64,000 bases of DNA from Ancylonema sp. (Eukaryota). The notes beneath the pieces were generated by a model. That model saw only the letters and a program-made list of their open reading frames with translations. It searched no databases and had not been told where the DNA came from. This document shows positions 1 to 14,525 of the stretch, in pieces. The translations under genes and the position numbers were made by a program. Numbering within the stretch: position 1 is the stretch's first letter; each line of letters opens with the position of its first letter. The DNA lies in contig JBFLGF010000048.1 of assembly GCA_050230475.1 (NCBI GenBank), forward strand, positions 1 through 64,000, given 5' to 3'.

Positions 1-96
1 CTTTTGCACATCATTCTCTTCCTACTCTTGAATTTTGCAATGTGTGTAATTGTGCTTGTTATAAGCAAGGCATTCCTGCTTAGGAGCTGCCTTACA
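1..96 (+). repeat. 3' end of a chromovirus family-A LTR, inserted into a copia element
   Basis: Reverse complement of the start of LTR-A copies at 18459 and 47711; ends ...GCTGCCTTACA and is followed directly by copia protease-region sequence. Confidence 0.85.
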
Positions 97-3000
97 TGAT
101 GGCTGCAAACGTGAGAAAGGTGGCAGAGGTTGTGGAGTGGCTAGGAGACACGGGAGCTTCGAGGCACGTCTGCAACGACCTGTCCTTGATGAGGGACGTC
201 CGCACGAGGGAAAAGCCGATTTTGCTCCGACAACTTGCCGGAGATACACACGTCTACACCACTAGGACCGTGCAGCTGGACTAACCCAACAATTCTCGAG
301 GCAACACGGTCGTCAGCCTGCTCGACACTTGCTACATCCCCGACGCAAAAGTCTACCTCTTCTGTCTTCAGAAGCTGAGAAAATCTCTCTATGTGACAGA
401 GCAGGGTGAGAAACTCGGAACTCAGTGGGTGAGGAATCCTCAAAGGGAGTTTTTCATGGGAATGAAGGACCACCTTGCTGCCAGACAGTGCAGCCCTCCC
501 AGCCGAAATGGTGGAGATTGGGAGGGAGAAAGTGGAGGAGCCAAAAGGGGTGGCAGAGGAGGAAGAGAATGAGGAGGCACTGGTTGCTATAATCGATGTC
601 AAGGTTGCACAAAAGGGTGGGGCACTTGGGGAAGGTGGGGATGGAGAGGCTGGCTCGGGAGGGGCTAGTGAGGGGGCTGGAGGGTGAGGTGGTTGGGGAA
701 ATGGAAATGTGCGAGGGCTGTGAGTTGTCTCGTCCCCGACCTCATCCTCACCGACCTGTTGATCTCTCGCACCGATCCACTCGTCCACTCGAGCTTGTCC
801 ATGCTGATTTGGGAGGACCCATTTGTGTGCAATCTTGGGGGGGTTCCAAGTACATGTCTGTGCATGTCGATGACTTAAACAAAAAATCATGGGTGATGCT
901 GCTCAAGAATAAGGCCGAGGCTAGAGATCGCCTTAAGGAGTGCAAGGCCTTGGTGGAGAATGGGAGGGGGCTGAAGCTGGGGATACTTCGAACGGACAAT
1001 GGGGGGGAGTTTACGAGCACGGAGCTGCGTACCTGGCTAAAAGAGAAGGGGGTTACTTAGGAGTTTACTCCACCTCGGACACCTCAAGCCAATGGGGTGG
1101 CTGAGAGGTTGAATCGTACCCTTCAAGAAATGGCGCGCTCTATGATGCAGTCTACTGGGTTGAAAGGGGGGTGCTGGGGGGAGACTTTCCTAGCAGCCAG
1201 CTACTTGCGCAACAGGGGACTAGTGAGGGGTTTGCCGTCTACACCTCAGGAGATGTGGAGTGGGAAGAAGCCCTCCATCTCCCACCTTAGGGCTTACGGC
1301 TGCAAAGTCTTCAGCTCGATTGACAAGGTGCAGAAGGGGGGGAAGCTTGGGGCGGTGAGATACGAGGGGGTGCTGGCTAGGTATGCAAAGGATAGCCCCT
1401 CCTATCGGGTGTGGAACCCACTAAAACCCAAGAAGGTGGTGAGGTGAATGTGGGTGGGGCTGAGTTCGACGAGAGAGGATAGCTCGGGAGGGAGGAGCTG
1501 GAGGAGATTGGGGTGGACATTTTCTTGGACCCAGAGGGGTGGATGGGGCTAGCCGATGAGGTGGGGGGTGGGGGTGTACCCCAAGCCTCCTCAGCCTCCA
1601 GCCGCCTAGGTGGGGGCCAGCCGCTTGGCGGGGATGGGAGTCCCCCACCGAACAGTCAGCAGTCGCCGGATGGGGGGAATTTAAGCAATCTGGAGCAGCA
1701 GGAGGAGGAAGATGATCCTGACATGCCTCCCTTGCATGTGTGGGTTGACGAGCTTCACACGTGGGTCGTGTACGACTGTAACCTAGATGGAGAAGGGGGT
1801 GGAGATGGTGGGGATAACGGGGACCCACCAGCTCCTAGGACCAGCAACACAGCGAACAGAGGAGTGCCTGCCACTCGCTACGACGATGTTTTCGAGCTCG
1901 CAGCTGAGATCATGTGTCCTCCGACTGTGGCGATGGCTCTGGAGGGGGTGAAGGGAGCTGAGTGGGCTGCCGCTATGGAAGCGGAGCTGGATTCGTTGTG
2001 GGAGAACAACGTGTATGAGGAGGTGCCCCGACCCCAAGAGAGGAAGGTAGTTGGGACAAAATGGGTGCTAAGGGTGAAGACGGATGCTGCCGGAAACTTG
2101 GATAAGTACAAGGCTAGGGTGGTGGCAAAGGGGTTTAGGCAGGTGGAGGGGCTTGACTATGATGAGACGTATGCCCCCACTGCCCGTTTCGAGAGTGTGA
2201 GAGCATTGGTGGCCATGGCAGCTTCCTTGGGATGGAAGCTTGACCAGATGGACGTGGCCATGGCATTCCTGTACGCTGACTTGGAGGAGGAGACCTACGT
2301 GGAAATTCCAGAGGGGGTGGTGGCTGCAGTGGGGGTGTCGGGTGTGGAAGTTGCGCAAGTGCCTCTATGGCCTGAAGGAGTCGCCCAGATGTGGAACCAG
2401 ACCATAGACAGGCTACTGAAGAAGCTCGGGTTCGTGCAGCTGACGACTGAGCATGGCAGTTATGTAAAGGGGGAGGGAGAGAGCAAAGTCTTCTTGGCGT
2501 TGTATGTTGACGATCTCCTACTGGTGTGGATTGATGAGGGGAGCTTGCAGAGTGTGAAGTGGAGCCTCAGCGACAACTTCAAGATGAAGGACCTCGGGTC
2601 CGCGGAGTACCTCTTGGGGGTGGAGATCAGGAGGAGGCCTGGAGGGGGATACTTTTGTGGTGTAGGAGAAGTACGCACAGGAGGTGGTGGCGAAGTTTGG
2701 GATGGGGGAGGCCAAGGTGGCCTTGACCCCGTTCGAGCAATGGTGGGGTTAGTGCTGGTAAGGGCTGGGGTGGAGGGCAACCCAGCTATGGCTAGCATCC
2801 CCTATCGGAGCGCTGTGGGGAGTCTTATGTACTTGGCTGTGTGCACGCGACCAGATCTGGCAATGGCTGTTTCTGCTCTTAGCAGCTACTGCCAGTCACC
2901 CCAGCCGGAGCACTGGGAGGCTGTGAAAAGGGTGTTGCGTTACGTAAAAGGGTGGGGAGGGGCTGGGGTACAGTCCTGGGGAAGACCTGGCAGTCTCAGC

Positions 3001-3497
3001 GATGCCAGTTATGGGAGCGACGTGGAGACCAAGAGGGGGAGGAGTGGGTACGTGTTCTTGTAAGTGGAGGGGCAGCTATCAGCTGGGGCAGCAAGTTGCA
3101 AGATGTGGTGGCACTCAGCAGCACAGAGGCGGAGTACATGGCCATGGGCCATGCTGTGCTTTTGGGTTTTTTTATTGGTTATGGGTTTTTTTTTGGGTTT
3201 TTGGATTTGTATTTGCAGAAGTTGCAAGTTGAGATGGGGATTGGAGTTGAGGAGGGAGGGACTCTACTACTGTTGGATAACTAGCCAACTATCAAACTAG
3301 CTAAGAACCCAATTTTTCACAAGAGGAGCATGCACATTGCAATTAAATATCACTTTATTAGGGAGAAGTTGGAGAGTGGGCAGGTTACATTTGAGTTTGT
3401 TAGGACCCTTGCAATGGTTGCTGATCAGCTTACAAAGCATGTAGGGGTGAAAGTGCTGGGAGGAGGAATGACCCTTATGGGCATGTGTAGTGGCTAG
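97..3497 (+). mobile_element. Degenerate Ty1/copia pol (protease, integrase, RT, RNase H) with stops and frameshifts
   Basis: WLGDTGASRH protease, H-x3-GH...C-x2-C zinc finger, LELVHADL/RTDNGGEF integrase, KWVLRVK..YKARVVAKG, LYVDDLL RT, ALSSTEAEY RNase H, in copia order. Confidence 0.95.
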
Positions 3498-3530
3498 TAG
3501 TTAACTTAGCCACATTGTTGAGAGGGGGAT

Positions 3531-3965
3531 TGTGGTGTAGAGGCAACAATAATGCCTAAGTACTAGACCTGTCGGTTGGGCAGCCAACCGCACCTAGTTG
3601 GAGGCTAGGCGATATTAGATATGATGGCTAGGTTGGTCTCTTGACCACGTTTATTAGTCTTGGGAAGTTTGCTTATTTATTGACTAGTTTGCACGAACGG
3701 GAATATTTTGAGACTGTATTGACTTCAGACATCCTTGACCAACGGTTCACTTAAAGACTAAAAGTCCTCTGACAAGATTATGAGGCGACCGACCAAAAGT
3801 GTCGGGCACGAAACAAAGACCAGAATTGGTTTTTGGTAATCCTAATCTTTTATTCGGGAAATTCATGACTGCTCAGCGTATTGTGAATTCCAGATGTGTA
3901 TGGGCACCATGATTGATTCATATTAAGTGTAAAGGTGTTTTCCATAGCAATTGATCAGCTTTCAG
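3531..3965 (+). repeat. Copia 3' LTR (family F), preceded by PPT AGAGGGGGA at 3521-3529
   Basis: Starts TG right after the PPT; homologous in inverted orientation to 13800-14223; right end approximate. Confidence 0.75.
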
Positions 3966-4227
3966 TTATTGAGAATCATATAAGACAACTAGTACTTACA
4001 CATACCACAGCTGCACATACTTTTTGGGTACCCGCCGGTTCCAGGATCCGGAGTGGGCTTCGACCGGTTGCCAAAGATGAAAATGCCAATTTGGAGTGAG
4101 AGCCCTTCTAGGCTTACTGAAAGTGAAATATTTAGGGAAAGCAAAAAAAATCCAAGCACATCGAAAGTTTCCCCACGCCCTTTCCATAACATGGTAAAGT
4201 CTTGGCTCTACAGTGGAACCAATCACG

Positions 4228-4910
4228 GAAGTGTTGGGGAAATTATACGGCTAAGTCCCTAGGCCGGACTTAGAGCCGGCCGGTTGTGTTGGGGAGGAGA
4301 GGGGCTGGGATATAGCCTCGGTGAGGATTTGGCTTTATAGGAATAGAGTGCTACGAGCTATGGGAGTGACTCAAAGTCCATGAGGGGCAGGAGTGTACAT
4401 GTTTTTATGAGTGATGGTGCGGTTGTGAGATGGAGGAGCAAGCTACACGACGTGGTGTTGCTGAATAGCACAGAGGTAGAGTATATGACTATTAAGCATG
4501 CCATGTAAGAGGGCCTCTACTTCAAGATGTTGCGGGCTGAGATGGGGATTGAGGTCGAGGTGGGAGGGGCTGTGTTGTTCATGGACAACCTCTCTGCCAT
4601 CAAGTTGGCCAAGAATCATGTGTTTCACAAGAGGTCTAAGCATGTTGCTATTCTGATATACTGTATTTGGGAGAGGGTAGATGAGGGAAAATCTTACTTA
4701 GAGTTTGTTCGGACCCTTGGCATGGCAACTGATCAGCTGACCAAGCATGTGGGAGTGAAGATGCTTGAGATTGGGAAGTCCCTTATGGAAATGTGTTGTG
4801 GTAGAGAGCCACTTAGCTAAATTCTTGAGAGGGGAAATGAAGTGTAGGGGCAATATTATGGCCAAGTCCTTAGGCCGGACTTAGAGTGAGTTAGTCCGGT
4901 TGTGTTAGAG
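4228..4910 (+). mobile_element. Internally deleted copia remnant: LTR start, RT/RNase H end, PPT, second LTR start
   Basis: MDNLSAIKLAKNHVFHKRSKH; motif AAGTCC(C/T)TAGGCCGGACTTAGAG at ~4254 and ~4864; PPT GAGAGGGGAAA at ~4827. Confidence 0.7.
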
Positions 4911-7051
4911 TGGGTGAGCACGGGTGTGCAATATACGGGTATCTAGGTGTGCGGGCATGTTCCCGAGTTGTTGGGTATATATGATAACGCAAGATGTGGT
5001 GAGAGGTGGTGAACATCGGACTTGGACATTTGTGTCCATTCATATAAGACGCGTGGCACAAGTGATATAGGTGTATGGTCAAGATGAGATGAAATCTTGA
5101 TCTAGGGTGATTGATGTGTAACGCCTCCAATATTGTGTGGCGGCGTAAAAATGGGTTTATGCCATGGGAAGGACAAGATTCTAGTATTGGGACCTTGCTC
5201 AACTAATTGACTAAACGGGTAGCCATGGCTCCTCGTGTATGACTTGTATTCTTAGCTTGGACAATGCATGGGCATTGAGTTTTGATTCACATCGTTGAGT
5301 TGTCTAATTGCAATGAATAATTAAATCACTCTTTGTATTCCTCATTTTTTACAATTCCCACTTTTTATAAAATAACGTCCTTTTTGCGATATTATGCGGC
5401 GCCACTTCTTAGATCATATCAGACTTTGCAAATTAAATATTATAATTTTCGTCATAACACGTAAATTGAACGTCCGTAATACATGAACATGACGTGGCCA
5501 CACAAAATTGGTGTGTCGGTTTTTTGTGACAAATCATAAATCTAACCAAGAACTGGATTGTAATTGTTGGTGTGCGCCTGTACCACTATATTAAGCATTT
5601 TCGGTCATGTTGTTCGGCGATGCTAAAACATCAAAATCTGTAATATCATACAATACAAACAGTTATATTTGCGTTACCAACACTGCGAGTAATAAAGGAA
5701 CACTCACACATCTACATGTATTAATCATAACATGCCGACAAAAGTCCTTTTTATCTCATACCATGTCATCGACACATCACACCTATGTACGAGTGTAGCT
5801 GGCTCTGTCAATAGCTCTCGCTAGTGGGGTCGTGAACACTCCAGGCGAGTTTGTGTTGCTGCACACAGTCGAGCTTTTAGGGCTGCTACGTGTAGCGGCG
5901 AGCTCAACATGCGACACTCGTTATACAAATGCAAGGTACCATGCATACACAGTGCTATTTGTAAGGACTAAGTGCAAGTCTCGCAAGGTTGCGAGACTGC
6001 GAGAAAACGGTACAGGGTATACTGTCTCGCTAAGGTGCGGTCAACCTTGTTGACCAATGAGTGACTAGTTATCTAATGTGCTAGGTCACATCTACTCAAT
6101 AGAAGCGTCGAGTTATGCGTTGTGTCGGGTTTCGCGTCGGATGTCGCGTCACGTGTTGTTCTAAGGCTTCAAAATGAACGACACTAAGAACCGGTACATT
6201 AAAAAACGAACTTAGAACTAGTACGAGTCAATCGCGCACGACAGTGAGCTTGGTCTAATGGTCTGAGGGTCTGCCCGTCTGTGTAACACTGACTCCAAGG
6301 ACTGACTGGGAACGGGATCCACGGAGCCGATTGACTAGAACCTAAATGTAAAACGTAATAAACAAGAGTGCAACTAAGTCAGAGACGCATTGAGTCTCTT
6401 TTTACTCTAGGAGCATTATTGTGAAACCGGTCTTGTCCATCCGATGAGAATGAGTGTTTTCTAGTGATTTTCGGGCTATCAACATACCACACATACAAAC
6501 GTTAGCAAATGCAAGCCTACGGTCTCATTTGACATTCGACAATTGCTACCCAAGACATATGGGATGTTGCACCGGCTTGTACATATTGTACTATACACGG
6601 GGGGACATATTAGATCTTGGTCTGCATTATGGGCGCATTGGGCTCTATGTGTCCGGACTAATATATGCAAGTATATATCAAGTTGTAACCGCAACACTGG
6701 GTTTTGATTTTCGTTGGTTGCACCACTCGCCTTTGCTCTTTGCTTTCTATTCGCATTTGCATCAACAAAACGTTTTTTAACATTTTGATGTGCAAACAAA
6801 CGCCACTTGAATTCCGAGTAGTATCTGGGCTACATCCCCGCACCAGTGTCACATTATTCTTGCCACCACACCATACAAAGAAAAGCATTTCTTACAACCT
6901 TCTTTTGATGCCAAAAAAATATGACAAAAGCATGAACCCTTCTTCCCAAAATGCATTCACATTTGCTGGAACACAATTATTTGCTTTCCACTAAACCCTC
7001 CACCCAATTAGTTTTCTGTGCCCGCACCACCATCGACACCTTTGTGTGCTA

Positions 7052-10000
7052 TCACCCTAGATGGTCGTCCACGTAGTCCGGATTCTGCCTCAAAATCACA
7101 AACCCTTCCAGCACTGAAGTCAACCCAATGTACCTGCGCCCACCCCCCATCCCCATCCCTGTCCCCTGAGCCCCACCCTTGGCAACCTACGGGATCAGGC
7201 ACCTGCTTCTCACAACCAGGCCTCACTTGTTGGTGGCTAGTTCTGCCCGTTCCCCATAGGCCAGCAGCACGGGTGTGGAGTGGGTTTGCCCCCCAGTTAT
7301 CGTATTCGGCCGCCCAGCTTGGCCCACCACGTCCACCGCCATCCCCACCCGCACACTCACACTCAGGGGCTGGAGGCTCTCGTCCACAGTCAGCAACAAC
7401 CGCGGCTGGGGGTTGTGACAGGGACGGTTGTTGTCAGAAAAGACAGAGGATGGAGAGGACAACAAGGATGGCTTGATTGATGTTTTCCTTTTGAACATTT
7501 TTTACTCCTCCCCTAGTGCTCCACCCTCTTCTCACTTGTATAGCAGGAACGAGGTAGTAGAGGGCATAGTGGTACCGTCCCAGTATTATTCCCTTCATGT
7601 CTAAACAGCTGTGCAGAAACGCACTCAAACCTGCCAAGGCCGCACTGCATCCCCCTCCCGACACTTTGTCGAATCACAAAAAAGCTCAACAGCTCAACCA
7701 TGCACTGCCTTCCCCCCCCTCTATTTCTCACGGTGAGCATAGGAATTTTTCGGAGTGGGTGGGGTTGAGAGTTAGTAGTCCCTTGCCCATGTGAGCCAGC
7801 CCCTGTGCGATGCGCACAGCAAACAGGGCACTGGCATCTTTAGCATAGTAGCTACACAGACTGCGCAGCAAGGAGGCAATGCGCGCGTTGTTGGTGCCAG
7901 CACCGATCAGACCCAGACACACCACTGCACCCTGCACTCACAAACAACAAGGACACAGAGCAAATGGTCACCTAATACAGGTGAGGGTTGTTGAGAGAGA
8001 AGCCTGTAATGATGTTATCTGACAACGTGGATGATGTAAAAGAGAATCACAAGACCTGAAGAAACCGAATGAAGGCAGTTATGGTACCACTCATGCATTT
8101 GTACATATTTCCAGCCAACATTGGGACTGAGACCATGAGAGCAAAAGGTTGAGGGTGCCACAAACGACTTTTCCCCGAAAAAGTATTGAGGTACACCATG
8201 TCCCATTCGCTTGGAGCGTTGAAGGTTCAGCGTTTAACATGTAATTCAGGGTTTGTGTATCTGCTCTGAGGTTCCTGACCATGGCCACTTCGGAGTCAGT
8301 GTCGTGCGTCAGTCTGCTGAGTGCGTCCATCACGTTTATCTTTGGGTTCGACACTGCCAGCAGCCCCATGGCCAGAGGCACGGCCCTCCTCACAGGTGGG
8401 TCCCCGTACTGAAGGAGGTGGTGGAGGGAGCGCAGGCACATGTCGGTGCCCACCTCCTCCCCCTGTGCCACCAGGGCCAGTCCCAACACAGCAGCTGCCT
8501 GATGGTTGCTCACACCCTCCTCAGGGAGGTGGTCGCCGCAGAAAGACAGCAGCCACTGGATCTGGAGGAGGCGAAGGATGTGTGGGGTTCAGGGTCGGGC
8601 GCAGCCAACTAGGTGGCCTTTTTCAATGGAATGGTAGCTTTTACAGATTTTCGAGATTTCTGGGTTTTTAGATGTTCAACTTTTCAGGTTTGCCTTTTTG
8701 GGTAACTCCCACATTCACATACATAGTGACAGAGATGCTCTCCACTCCCTTGAATCTGCTATCCTGTACGTGAAACCCTTAACCCATCCCTTTTACCTTT
8801 AGCACGTTCCCAGTCCCTGCATAGGCCAGTGACTCCACTGTGATCTGGGTGTAGAGGCGGATGTGTTTGCTGAGCGTGGCTATCACTGGTAGGATGGCTA
8901 CAACGCCCCCCTGAGTCCCTAGAAACAGCAGGCCCAGCCCCACAGCAAGGTAGCGCGCACAGCACTCCCCCATCTCACTTTCCCGCTCCATCATTGCACT
9001 CAGGATGTGCGTTGCTGCCTCCTCATTGGCCGATCCCACGAACACCAACCCCAGCGCGACAGCTGTGAACCCCACCACGTCCAGGGGCGCCTTGTGGTCC
9101 ACCAGTATGGGGCACAGAAGCGACAAGAGGTCCTCTTTCTGTGACCCGACGTACGCCAGTCCCAACCCCATGATGGCTCCAATGCGCACACTGGTATCCT
9201 CTTTGTCCACCGCCTCCGACAGCAGGGCCATGGCGGGGTCATTGTCGTTGCGCACCCCACAGTTCAGTACCCCCACTGCCAGGTTGGCACCAGCCACAAT
9301 AGCACTGTCCGTGCTGTAGAGGTACTTGTCAATCACAGGGAGGCCCCCGTCCACGTCCCACAGCATAATAAGGCCCTACAAGACAACACCAGAATCGACA
9401 GGGTTGTGAGATCGAGATTGCATGGTGAGGGGTGTTAAGGGGACCATGAGGCTACAAAATTGAGGTTGGGGATTGGTGTTACCAGACTGGCTGTGGCGCT
9501 TATTTTCCCATGGTCCTTGTTCTTAAACAGCCAGTTGCTTGCAGTCTCTGCCTCTCTTCCACACAGCAGCTTGTCCTGAACCCCAAACCCCAGAAACCCC
9601 AGAAATCCCAGACCCCGATTCTGTCAACACCATATACCTGAATTGTGGTCACCCCCGGTCTCTCTGTTCTCCCTCCAGATATTGTAACATAGAGAACAAA
9701 CAAAGAAAATGAGAAAAGGAGAGAATTGTAAATCAAAACCTAAACCTGGATAAGCTGTATCTGTCCTGGATATAGCAGTCTATCTGAACTGCACAGTGTG
9801 TACCTGTCCAAACGCAGCGTTCACGAAGCCGTTGACAAAGGTGGTGGCCAGATTCTGACGCGCTGAGTCCACACTTGGGGCTGAAGACGCCCTACTGTCC
9901 AACAAATGGCTCTGAGGGAGGGGGAAAAGAAGATGTTTCTCCCTTGCTCTCCCACCTATTGCTGTTTGATGCTTGGCGCTAATATTCAAACTGCACCTCA

Positions 10001-12851
10001 ATAATTTCATACCTTCGTACCTTGACCTTCATTCAATTGTGACCTTAAATGATGGGGAAAACTTGAAACATTTATATTCAAGCGCCTCGTATTCTATTTG
10101 TGGCAGTCTAGGGTGATTCCTCCCATAAGTGCAAGCACAAGTTCTCCCCTCATATGACAAAAGTATCTGAATCTATAGATGTGTGTTAAAAGAGATACCT
10201 TGTAGATATCCTCTGCTGTTTTTGGCTCCATGACATCCAGGTCCCTGGCTAGCGTCATATACCCCCCTGTGACGTGGCAATTGTTCAGAATCTCCTGCAG
10301 GACCTCCTGCTCCTCTTCCTCCCCCTTCCACTCTGTCTGCTGGCTGAGGTGGACCACAAACCCCTGACGTGCAATCATGTATGCCAGCTGGCGCGACTCT
10401 ACCCCGGTGGAGGCTGCAAACGTGGACAGCACCAACTGCTCACAGCGCACAGGGCAGGGCTTGTGTGAATATGTATACACAAAGGGAGACATGTGGGGAC
10501 GTACGTGTACGTGCAGATGCTTTATGGTACACATGTTCTGTGGGCGTATGCAGCAGTGTCTAGATACACAATGGATGTACACAAATAAAACTATCAGTCC
10601 AGGAAAGCGTCTCTTACATGTGTATGTATTTTATATGGACACAAAGCCATACATATATTTTCACCTGTTCATCCAGATACGTGTAAACTTTCTCTGCACA
10701 ACAACCCTGTTCCCAGTAAACTTTCGCAAATTGTTGGTGCACCCATACAGCCACAGTAATACCTCCCTCTCACACCAAACCCCATTCTGTCTATGCCATC
10801 TCAGGTGTGGGAGGTGTTTCACCTCTCTGTTGTTCATCCTGAGCGCCAGTTGAATGGCGTCCGTGAGTTTGTTGAACTTGCGGTACAGGTCATAAGCCAC
10901 GCGCAGCACCACCACGTCATCGCCTTCTGATACATAACTGCCACAAACAAATCAACCACTTCTACCCATTCAGGCCGGGCTGCCCAATCGAAACTACATC
11001 TAAATCGCTATCTCTGCAGGTTATATGTACGTATACTTTTTTGCCCATCTTCTCCGTTTCTATCATTTCTGCCACGTCATCATTTCACCCCCCCCTCTCT
11101 GTTGCTGACCTGGCACAGCTGCTGAGATAGAGGCAGGTGCGGCCGTAGTTGGCAGGTGTCACCACATTGATCAGTTTGTCAAGCCTCTCAACCTGCACAA
11201 ACACCACCCCTCAGCTTTTTGTCCTGGAACCCTACATTCTCTTCAGTGCCTTCCTCTCCTTCCCCGCCCACCTCCATCAGCAGATCCACGGCCTCTGGCT
11301 CTGCGTTATGCTGCTCACACCCAAACAGGACACACTCAGAGACTGCTGTCAGGTCGCCACCTGTCCTCCCCCCCACCACCTCACCTCAATGTGGAAGGGT
11401 ACAATCTGGTCTACTAACCCCATCAGGTCCTCCACACTGCCTTCTGCCACCTGTGCACCCACGATGCTAAAGCGCATGAGAGACCTGCCAGAGATGCTGC
11501 CAGGCAACTTCCAGGCAGCTCTCTGCAGCTTCCTGCTCACCATCCTGTGCTGAAACTCTTGCCCTATCTCGCCCGCCAGATTCCTGCAATCCCCAAAGAT
11601 TATTCCAGCACGTTAGCATACCTGTGCCTACCTGCCACCTGGATGCATCCCCCCTGGCCATATACGTACCTCACGTATTCATGGCCCCAAGATCCTAACT
11701 CGCCAGCTGTCCCTAGCAGCCGAAACTCCAAGCTTTCCTGAACCCCGACCAACATATCAAAGGAGGTGGCACGAATTTGAATCCACATCGAGTCATTGCC
11801 ATATGCCATATGACAAAGGCGGATATCCCCTGAACCCTTGCCATCCCCTCGCTTGCTTGGTAACGCATTGGCGGCAACAGAGTGTGTGTGCCTTACCCTA
11901 GCTCCATCTTGAGACATGGTCATAGCCAGCACAGAGATCACATCCGCCAGGAGAGACTGCCAGCCCACCGGGAGAAGAAAACACGTTTGTCAGGTGCATT
12001 GATGAGAGTTTTACTCATCCCATGGCGAGCACTGGACTGATGTGAAGTGCTCACTCTACTGCATCAAAAAAATTGCCAAATTCCTCCATGTGTACTTCCC
12101 ATGACTACAACCAGAGAAGGTCAGCAACAGAGACAGGGTTTGGGTGACACCTTGTTTTCTGCTGCCACTGTGGCATAGGCTGCTTTCAGAGTCACGTAAT
12201 GTGGACGCAGAAACTTCAGTGGTTTGGGAACAGAGGTCATGGAGCTAGTTGCAGTCCGAATCTCCTTCCTGCATGCACACCAGTTACTCATTCTGAGTCA
12301 AGTGAGAGACTCAATGACGTTGCTTCTTATATTCATAGCAACATGATGCTTCTCGGGCACGATCACCCTTTCAACCACCACCAGAGTCGTACAAAGGTTT
12401 CGCATGTGCCATCACCAGCGCAATGTGCTTTGTGTGTGAGGCAAGGTCACCTGTGATGATTTTTGGTTTTATTTATCCTCATACCTTATGCTCTCAAGCG
12501 CCATGTTCTGCACCTGTGCTTCATGGTCCTGGATGCGCTCTACCATCAACTGCAGACCCTCTTTTTGAGCTTGATCTTCAGAACTCTGAACGTAGTAAGA
12601 GAGAGGTCAGTTCAGTGTAAGCATTCCGAATTCAACGGACATATCATGGAAAGGAAGTAAGTAAAACCACTCTTCAGCACGATACTAGTAATGAACAGGT
12701 CGATCCAGACTTTGGGAAGATCGATTGTAAGTGTTACCAACTGATCATCTTTTGGTGGTTCCTTCGCCGCTGACTTCGCCTTTTCAATAGGCATGGTGTC
12801 CTCATCCATCTTCTGAGGCGCACCCGCGGCCTCTTCGGCTTCAATTGCCAT
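7052..12851 (-). CDS. RPN1: 26S proteasome non-ATPase regulatory subunit 2 (RPN1/PSMD2), 19 exons, 891 aa
   Basis: Hand-spliced GT-AG exons: 12851-12738, 12585-12485, 12268-12151, 11956-11897, 11737-11670, 11583-11541, 11450-11385, 11310-11272, 11192-11110, 10937-10823, 10435-10199, 9911-9804, 9575-9483, 9375-8797, 8561-8280, 7931-7732, 7644-7536, 7405-7227, 7133-7052 (2676 nt, in frame). Motifs [82 protein letters not shown]. Confidence 0.96.
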
Positions 12852-13799
12852 ACTGGTAACTCACACTTGTCAAATTAGAAGTGAGTATTGCTCAACGCAA
12901 GGTAGGACGTTCCGAGATTGTAGAAATCTTGATTGCAGAAGGTGAAGCAAATTGAACAGTTTGCACGACGGAGACTCTGAGCGAGGGTCAGACCGCAAAA
13001 TATTTGACAAAGCCACTCGCGTCTTCCTTCTGCTTCCCCCCAAACCGCTCTGAGTAGCTTAGTAGAATAGTACGCCTTTTTGGCGTGGGGTTGGGGGGTT
13101 GGGTAGGCCAACCCGAGTTGCCCCCCATAAGCTGGATATTTTACGTCGGTCATTTTCCCGCTGTAATGAAATGGGATTCCTGTCGGTCTTTCATAATAAG
13201 GGAATCCACTCCACCGTTTCGTATCAACACTCGAGATTTCAAAAAATACCGTCCGCGCGTTCGGACGCGAAACGAATTTTACAGCACGCCGCCCGGTTTG
13301 ACGCGAACTTCAGTGCGCCTGAACTTCCGGGGGGGGTAAGTCCGCCCCGCCAAAATTATGGGGTGCTTTCTTTAATCATCGTAACTTTCGATTGACATAT
13401 CTAAATGAATTGCTTATTTTACTTAGTGACCTCATTGAGGAGCTAAGTTATGCGATCAGGTTCAAGGAGCTTAAGAGTCGTACAATTTTGGTGGTACAGT
13501 TGTACGGATGCTGACACGTCGGCAATGTGGACGGTCCAGATCTATTGTATCTTCGAAAATATTTCGATATTTTTCATCGATGATGACGTGTCGAGGTGCG
13601 ATTGGCTGGATTTTCGGAAAATTCTAAAAAAAAAAGCGTGTAATTCCCCCTTACCTTACATAGGGGGGTGGCGGAAGTAAGTGGGGAGTCACCACTTACT
13701 CCTCCGGGAGAATAAAATACAAAGGGAGTTCTTTTCATGCAATATATTGTGTGCCCCTCTAAAACCCATCATCGTAATCATTACACATATAATACCCTC

Positions 13800-14525
13800 T
13801 GTAAGTGACTCCATAGCGATGGAAAACACTTTTACTCCGAATATGAATCAATTATAGTGCCCATACACATCGAGAATTCACAGTACACTCGACAGCCATG
13901 AATTCTCTGATAAAAATATTAAAATTTCCAAAGACCAATTCTGGTCTTTGTTTCGTTCCCGACACTTTGGTCGGTCGCCTCATGATCTTGTCAGAGGACT
14001 TTTAGTCTTTAAGTGAACCGTTGGTCAAGGATGTCTAAATTCAATACAGTTTCTAAATATTCATGTTCGTGCAAACTAGTCAACGAATACAAATAACTCC
14101 AAAAGCTAATAAACTTGGTCAAGTGACCACGACATCTAATAACCAGCCTAGCCTCCAACTAGGTGCGGTTGGCCGCCCAACCAACTGGTTCAACACTTGG
14201 GCATAATTGTTGCCTTGCCCAACATCCCCCTTTCAACAATATGACTAAGTTGTTTCCTAGCCACTACACATTCCCATAAGGGTCTTTCCTACTCCCAAAA
14301 TCTTCACTCCCACATGCTTAGTCAATTGGTGTGCTGCCATCGTTAAAGTCCTAACAAACTCAAAGTTGAACTCCTTGTTCTCCACTTTTACCCTAATGAA
14401 GTGATATTTGATCGCAATGTGCTTGCTTCGCTTGTGGAACACTGGGTTTTTCGCCAACTTGATGGCCGATTGGTTGTCGAGCACCAGAAGTGTTCCTCCC
14501 TCCTTGGGCTCGATCCCCATCTCTC
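13800..14525 (-). mobile_element. Copia family F 3' end: RNase H fragment, PPT and 3' LTR (14223-13800)
   Basis: LDNQSAIKLAKNPVFHKRSKHIAIKYHFIR; LTR is an inverted homologue of 3531-3965. Confidence 0.85.

Noticed and set aside
5794..6484. Possible solo LTR (TG...CA)
   Set aside because: No TSD and no second copy in the window
13324..13710. Possible MITE in the RPN1 promoter (imperfect CTTCCGG..TAAGT inverted ends, 9-bp hairpin near 13676-13700)
   Set aside because: Inverted match is short and gapped; no TSD
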